Under the pieces are notes generated by a model. That model was not told the DNA's origin and did no database searches. It worked only from the letters and a program-made list of their open reading frames with translations. Below, piece after piece: positions 61,252-64,000 of a DNA stretch of 64,000 nt. This DNA comes from an uncultured Gemmatimonadales bacterium. Lineage in GTDB: Bacteria; Gemmatimonadota; Gemmatimonadetes; Longimicrobiales; RSA9. Made by a program: the position numbers and the translations under genes. Every line of letters begins with the position of its first letter. Within the stretch, counting starts at the first letter, position 1. The stretch lies in the NCBI GenBank assembly GCA_963783305.1, contig CAWAMW010000016.1, forward strand, positions 384,001-448,000, read 5' to 3'.

Positions 61252-63699
61252 ATGATCAAGCGATGCCTTTCGGCCGTCGTACTGGCGGCCATCTGGACGC
61301 CCGCGGCGGCTCAGGACGTGGCGGAGACCTACCGTACGCCGGCGCCCGCCCTGGCGCAGCTCGTGGATGCGCCGGTAACCCCCGGCGCGACCGTGTCGCC
61401 CGACGGGCGGTGGCTCCTTCTCGAGGAGCGGCCCTCCCTCCCGACCATCGGCGAGGTGGCCCGCGAGGAGCTCCGGATCGCGGGGCTCAGGATCGACCCC
61501 CTCAGCAACGGTCCCAGCCGGTCGCAGGGATCCACGGGCCTGACGCTGAAAGAGCTGCCGGACGGCGCTGAACGAAGCATCCCCGGCCTCCCGGAGCTCG
61601 GGATCCGGAACGTCCGCTTTTCGCCCGACGGTCGTCACGTCGCGTTCACCGTTGACCGTGACGAAAAGATCGAGCTGTGGGTGGCGAGCGTGGTGGACGC
61701 GCGAGCCCGACTCCTGACCGAGCGTGCCGTGAATGACGCCCTGTTCGGCTCCCCCTTCGACTGGACGCCGGATTCCGAGGCGCTGGTGGTGCGGCTGCTA
61801 CCGGAAGACAGGGCCGCCCCGCCCGCGAAGCCGCGGGCGCCATCAGGGCCCGTCATCCAGGAGAACGTGGGCGAGAGCGCTCCGGTCCGCACGTACCAGG
61901 ACCTCCTCGAGAATCCGCACGACGAGGCGCTCTTCGAGCACTACGGCACCTCCGAGCTCGTCCGGTTGGACATGGACGGTGGCACCCGGACCCTGCTTAC
62001 CCCGCGGATCCTCGCCGGCGCTTCGGTCTCTCCCGATGGACGGTACATCCTCGCCGAGACGATCCACCGGCCGTTCAGCTATCTCGTACCGGCCTACAGC
62101 TTCCCGCAAACGGTCGAGATCGTGGACGCCCGCGATGGCGCTCGCGTCGCGCTCATCGCCGAGCTGCCTTTGCAGGAGAGCGTCCCGCCCGGCTTCGGGT
62201 CCGTGCCTACTGGCATGCGTTCCGTCCAATGGCGCGCTGATGCTCCCGCCACGCTCGCGTGGGTCGAGGCGCTGGATCAGGGGAACGCCCGCCTCGACGC
62301 CGAACACCGCGACCGCGTGTTCACGCTCCCGGCCCCTTTCCAGGCCGAGCCGACCCCGTTGATCGACCTCCCGCTCCGCTACGCCGGCATCCAGTGGGGC
62401 ACCGACGACGTGGCCCTGGTCTACGAGTCGTGGTTCGCCACCCGGATGGCGCGCACGTACGTCGTCGAGCCGGCGCGGCCCGGGAGCGGGCGCCTTCTCT
62501 TCGAGTACTCGTACGAGGAGCCCTACGCGGACCCGGGTCGGCCGGTCACCCACGCTGCGGGCAACGGCACCAGCGTGCTGACGCTCGCCGACGGCGGCCG
62601 CGCCATCTACCTCGTCGGCGATGGCGCCTCGCCAGAAGGGGAGCGGCCCTTCCTCCGGAAGATGGACCTCCGATCGGGCGCGACGGAGGAGCTGTTCCGC
62701 TCCGAGGCGCCCTACTACGAGGAGCCGGTCGAGGTCCTCGACGCCGAGGACCATCGCATCCTCACCGTTCGGGAGTCGCCGACGGACCCGCCGAACTTCT
62801 TCGTCCGTGACCTGGACGCCAACCGGGTCGTCGCACAGGTCACCCACTTCCCGCACCCATACCCGGAGTTGCGCGGGATCCAGAAGGAGTTCATCCAGTA
62901 TCAGCGCGACGACAGCGTTCCGCTGACGGCGACGCTCTACCTCCCGGCCGGCTACGACGCCGAGAGCGACGGGCCGCTGCCCACCCTCGTGTGGGCCTAC
63001 CCCCGGGAGTACAAGAGCGCCGCGGCCGCGGGGCAGGTGAGCGACTCGCCCTACCGGTTCAACCGGGTCAGCTACTGGGGTGCGATCCCGTACGTCCTGC
63101 GGGGATTCGCCGTGCTCGACAACGCGTCCATCCCCATCATTGGTGAGGGAGACGAGGAGCCCAACGACTCCTTCCTCGAGCAGCTCGTGGCCGGCGCCCG
63201 CGCCGCCATCGAGGAGGGTGTCCGGCGGGGCGTAACCGACGCCGACCGCGTCGCCATCGGCGGGCACTCCTACGGCGCGTTCATGACCGCCAACCTGCTG
63301 GCCCACTCCGACCTGTTCCGAGCCGGAATCGCCCGGAGCGGCGCCTACAACCGCACCCTCACCCCCTTCGGGTTCCAGCGGGAGGAGCGGCTCTACTGGG
63401 AGGCGCCGGAGATCTACTACGAGATGTCACCGTTCATGCACGCCGACGACGTGAACGAGCCGATCCTCCTGATCCACGGCCTCGCCGACAACAACTCGGG
63501 CACGTTCCCGATCCAGTCGGAGCGCTACTACCATGCGCTGAAGGGACTCGGCAAGACCGCCCGTCTGGTGTTCCTCCCGGCAGAAAGCCACGGGTACCGC
63601 GCCAGGGAGTCCATCCTGCACATGCTCTGGGAGACCGACCGCTGGCTCCAGCGGTACGTAAAGGAGGCACCCCCTCGCGAGCGTTCCACCGACGGCTGA
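61252..63699 (+). CDS. Secreted S9 prolyl-oligopeptidase family serine peptidase
   Basis: Signal peptide; beta-propeller SPDG repeats; GGHSYG, D.NSGT..QS, ESHGY. Confidence 0.92.
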   Translation: MIKRCLSAVVLAAIWTPAAAQDVAETYRTPAPALAQLVDAPVTPGATVSPDGRWLLLEERPSLPTIGEVAREELRIAGLRIDPLSNGPSRSQGSTGLTLKELPDGAERSIPGLPELGIRNVRFSPDGRHVAFTVDRDEKIELWVASVVDARARLLTERAVNDALFGSPFDWTPDSEALVVRLLPEDRAAPPAKPRAPSGPVIQENVGESAPVRTYQDLLENPHDEALFEHYGTSELVRLDMDGGTRTLLTPRILAGASVSPDGRYILAETIHRPFSYLVPAYSFPQTVEIVDARDGARVALIAELPLQESVPPGFGSVPTGMRSVQWRADAPATLAWVEALDQGNARLDAEHRDRVFTLPAPFQAEPTPLIDLPLRYAGIQWGTDDVALVYESWFATRMARTYVVEPARPGSGRLLFEYSYEEPYADPGRPVTHAAGNGTSVLTLADGGRAIYLVGDGASPEGERPFLRKMDLRSGATEELFRSEAPYYEEPVEVLDAEDHRILTVRESPTDPPNFFVRDLDANRVVAQVTHFPHPYPELRGIQKEFIQYQRDDSVPLTATLYLPAGYDAESDGPLPTLVWAYPREYKSAAAAGQVSDSPYRFNRVSYWGAIPYVLRGFAVLDNASIPIIGEGDEEPNDSFLEQLVAGARAAIEEGVRRGVTDADRVAIGGHSYGAFMTANLLAHSDLFRAGIARSGAYNRTLTPFGFQREERLYWEAPEIYYEMSPFMHADDVNEPILLIHGLADNNSGTFPIQSERYYHALKGLGKTARLVFLPAESHGYRARESILHMLWETDRWLQRYVKEAPPRERSTDG

Positions 63700-63777
63700 C
63701 GCACCCGGCCCGCCGCCGGACGCATTCGCGCTCCGGGGGCGGGCCCCTGGCCTCCGGCCGCACCGACGAGCCCCCCC

Positions 63778-63797
63778 GCGAGGCCGCCAGGCCGAGC
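63778..63797 (+). repeat. Solo copy of the array hairpin motif
   Basis: GC-GA-GGCC-GCCA-GGCC-GA-GC followed by CCCA, 7 bp before a TTGCCG -35-like box. Confidence 0.55.
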
Positions 63798-63868
63798 CCC
63801 ACGCTTGCCGAAACCCTGACTCCTTTCATACCGTACGGATCGGCAGGTTTCCCGAACCGGAGAACGTC

Positions 63869-64000
63869 ATGGTGAACAGAGAGGACCTCGAGAGCTTCCT
63901 GATCCGAATGGGCGTGGAGGCGGAAGAGGTCGATGACAACATGTGGGTGCTGAAGGGAGAGGGAGAGGACGATCCGAACGTGGTCGTGACCTACGCCCCG
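63869..64000 (+). CDS. Partial ORF, possibly YbjN/CesT chaperone-like
   Basis: MVNREDLESFLIRMG.E.EEVDDNMWV... after a GGAG RBS; open to the window end. Confidence 0.55.
   Translation, partial: MVNREDLESFLIRMGVEAEEVDDNMWVLKGEGEDDPNVVVTYAP

Noticed and set aside
58126..61638. Long antisense ORFs (also 20469..22994 and 54200..56074)
   Set aside because: They lie opposite well-supported genes, as expected from high-GC codon bias.

Overview
GC-rich bacterial window, probably Gemmatimonadota (inferred from gene content and order, not verified). The left ~13.5 kb is a minus-strand operon: an RCC1-repeat protein, a TPR protein and a giant lipoprotein with at least 35 fibronectin-III (FN3) domains. 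The lipoprotein is frameshifted several times and runs off the window. Next come dnaE2 plus a radical-SAM gene, a cold-shock gene, envelope proteases/lipoproteins, ligC, a DEAD-box helicase and rpsU. These are followed by yebC-ruvC-ruvA, lepB, small stress-type membrane genes, a 4Fe-4S/CtaG/YtkA-like cluster with a Met-rich tail, an LpoB/COG3014 lipoprotein operon, ruvB-queA-tgt-yajC-def-fmt-thiE-thiS-thiG, tsaD, htpX, efp, uvrA and an S9 peptidase. The most unusual signal is non-coding: three intergenic tandem arrays (11, 11 and 9 units of 21-26 bp) plus one solo copy. On one strand each unit reads GC-GA-stem-GN(N)A-stem-GA-GC. The stems co-vary, which fits extra-stable GNA mini-hairpins with tandem G.A pairs. 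All four loci lie just upstream of, and co-oriented with, a candidate promoter. Candidate sigma54 and ECF regulons are also visible. I found no CRISPR/cas, tRNA, rRNA or transposase. All family assignments come from motif recognition; no database search was run.
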